In this document: positions 62,448-64,000 of the stretch, piece by piece
Position numbering within the stretch: the stretch's first letter is position 1
How the letters are laid out: each line of letters opens with the position of its first letter
From: an uncultured Chroococcidiopsis sp.
GTDB lineage: Bacteria; Cyanobacteriota; Cyanobacteriia; Cyanobacteriales; Chroococcidiopsidaceae
NCBI GenBank assembly: GCA_964248365.1
Contig: CAXTYC010000027.1
Location: forward strand, 8,623-72,622
Direction of reading: 5' to 3'
DNA length: 64,000 nt
Made by a program: the position numbers and the translations under genes
The notes under the pieces: generated by a model
Told to the model about the DNA's origin: nothing
The model's database searches: none
What the model saw: the letters and a program-made list of their open reading frames with translations, nothing else

Positions 62448-62485
62448 TGTAGGGTGCGTTAGGTGCTTGTGCGCCGTAACGCACC
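62448..62485. repeat. GTAG-type REP-like palindrome (GTAGGGTGCGTTA...TAACGCACC)
   Basis: Related copy near 33198-33265. Confidence 0.7.
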
Positions 62486-62502
62486 TGACGGTAGAAACTA
62501 CT

Positions 62503-62652
62503 TTAATCTCTATCACCAATTTCTACAACACCTTCTCCAGCTTGTAATATCTGTAATGCATCAGGAAAAGTCAGGGTTAAAATTCTCCGTAAATTTCGGT
62601 TAGTCACGTTCCCACAAGTCACCCATAAAATTTGAGGCGGTGTTCCCAAATG
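62503..62652 (-). pseudogene. 3' remnant of a DUF5615 (PIN-like) gene
   Basis: LGTPPQILWVTCGNVTNRNL...GEGVVEI; in-frame stop immediately upstream, N-terminus absent. Confidence 0.7.
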
Positions 62653-62750
62653 AACTTATTTTAGATTTTACAAATATTCTTTTGACTACTAAACTAAAAC
62701 TCGGAATGAAGAAAATCACCCTTTTGAAAGGAGAGTAGGGGGAGCAGCTT

Positions 62751-64000
62751 TCAACCTTCCATTTCTTGAATAATCTTCATTGTTTGTACACTAACTGTGC
62801 AGATTCGTTGTAATAAATCAATTACTTGCTGTTTATAATTTGCAAAGCTGTAGGTGTTGAATTTTGCAGCAATGGTTGGATATTTGGTTTTTTTTTCCTT
62901 ATACTGATCCAAAATCCACTCTAGGGCAGAACGATTACCCAACCGATATTCCCAAGCAATTTTTGGAATACCTTCAAGGGTCGTTATATCATCTAAAAAT
63001 ATCGTTCCCTTGTCTTTATCTGCTTTTAATTTTGTTTTTGGAGTTCGGGCAGATTTATTCTGTTTATCTGTATGTTGCAATAGATTTTTCGTGTTGGTTG
63101 GGGCGGGTTTACCGTGCGTATGTGTAGTAGGGGCGGGTTTCCCCTGCATATCTGTAGGAATACGAGAAATTTCATTAAACCCGCCCCGACGAGAAATTTC
63201 ATCAATCCCGCCCTGAATGTCATCCCCCACAGGTAAATCAATGCGTTTTAAACCAAATGGTGCGACAGATTCATAATTGATGTGTAAATCCATCAACTGT
63301 TTACCCCAGCCAACCCATTTGTGAAAATCATCATAAAACGGTAAACGGGGAAATTCGCGTTTTAGGTTGAGTTCGTATTTTGTTCGATATGCCGGATTGT
63401 GTAATACAGCGTAGGTATAGTGAAAAATATCTAATTTGGTAATTGTATTGTCGCTGTAATGATTTTGGAATTGTTCTAATCCCCAGTCGGTAATATTATC
63501 AATGCGATTTCCGTCTTTGTCGTATCGGTAGAGAGGCAGACATTGAGTTTTTTCAATTGTATCTAAGCCTATCAATAAATCAGATGCTAGACAGTGGAAA
63601 GACTTGCTGGAACCAATACCAGAAAAAGCAATAATCAAGTTATTATTTTTTAAGTTTTTTGAAAACATTTCATAATGATTTTCTGTTAACCTATGATTAA
63701 ATAGCTTTTCTGTGTAGTGATAGAGTTTCAAATATGGTCTATATAGAGATTGTTGATTTAAATATTCATCAAAGTTAGTCTTCAGTCCATTATGGTAATA
63801 ACTTGTTAAAGATGAACTCCATTTTATAGAATAATCTATTTCTTTATTTTCAATAGAGCAGTTGTATGTTTTAATGAAAAACTTTATTTTTTCGAGCAAG
63901 TTTAAAGTATTGAAATCATAAACCCATTCATCTGTTGTAGTTTCTACACCTCTTGAAAATAGCTTAAATACTGCTTGTTCTGAATTTCCAGCTTTTACAT
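62751..64000 (-). CDS. Type ISP restriction-modification enzyme, C-terminal specificity region (5' end outside the window)
   Basis: Frame open to the window edge (DEWVYDF); YRPY, QCLPLYRY, IFHYTYAVLHNPAYR.KY..NLKREFPRLP, EYRLGNRSALEW. Confidence 0.88.
   Translation of the reverse strand, partial: VKAGNSEQAVFKLFSRGVETTTDEWVYDFNTLNLLEKIKFFIKTYNCSIENKEIDYSIKWSSSLTSYYHNGLKTNFDEYLNQQSLYRPYLKLYHYTEKLFNHRLTENHYEMFSKNLKNNNLIIAFSGIGSSKSFHCLASDLLIGLDTIEKTQCLPLYRYDKDGNRIDNITDWGLEQFQNHYSDNTITKLDIFHYTYAVLHNPAYRTKYELNLKREFPRLPFYDDFHKWVGWGKQLMDLHINYESVAPFGLKRIDLPVGDDIQGGIDEISRRGGFNEISRIPTDMQGKPAPTTHTHGKPAPTNTKNLLQHTDKQNKSARTPKTKLKADKDKGTIFLDDITTLEGIPKIAWEYRLGNRSALEWILDQYKEKKTKYPTIAAKFNTYSFANYKQQVIDLLQRICTVSVQTMKIIQEMEG

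Overview
Core chromosomal segment of a cyanobacterium (frequent HIP1 GCGATCGC, psaA-psaB, psbQ, heptamer STRR-type repeats). About 50 genes, mostly housekeeping or conserved cyanobacterial: branched-chain amino-acid ABC genes, SelD fusion, bioD, prs, psaAB, rpiA, Mn-SOD, rsmG, psbQ, sdhA, gltX, tRNA-Asp. It also holds two signalling modules, four pseudogenes/remnants, a Mn riboswitch, and the 3' part of a type ISP restriction-modification gene at the right edge. No CRISPR array, rRNA or intact transposase gene was seen. The best candidate for an undescribed system is a pair of exactly 102-bp elements (16419-16520, 54942-55043). They share conserved asymmetric ends, have unrelated but self-complementary interiors, and carry 8-bp flanking direct repeats; one splits a REP-like hairpin. 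Other notable items: a nested MITE with a 10-bp target duplication; a 24-nt element inserted in-frame into a HIP1 site in a kinase gene; REP/STRR insertions translated inside several enzymes; a repeat-expanded yybP-ykoY riboswitch; a receiver/glutaredoxin-like/TrxB-like fusion lacking both CxxC motifs, near two cNMP-domain kinases; and a PsaA lacking most canonical P700 (PA) hydrogen-bond residues. All calls are by eye; no database search was run.
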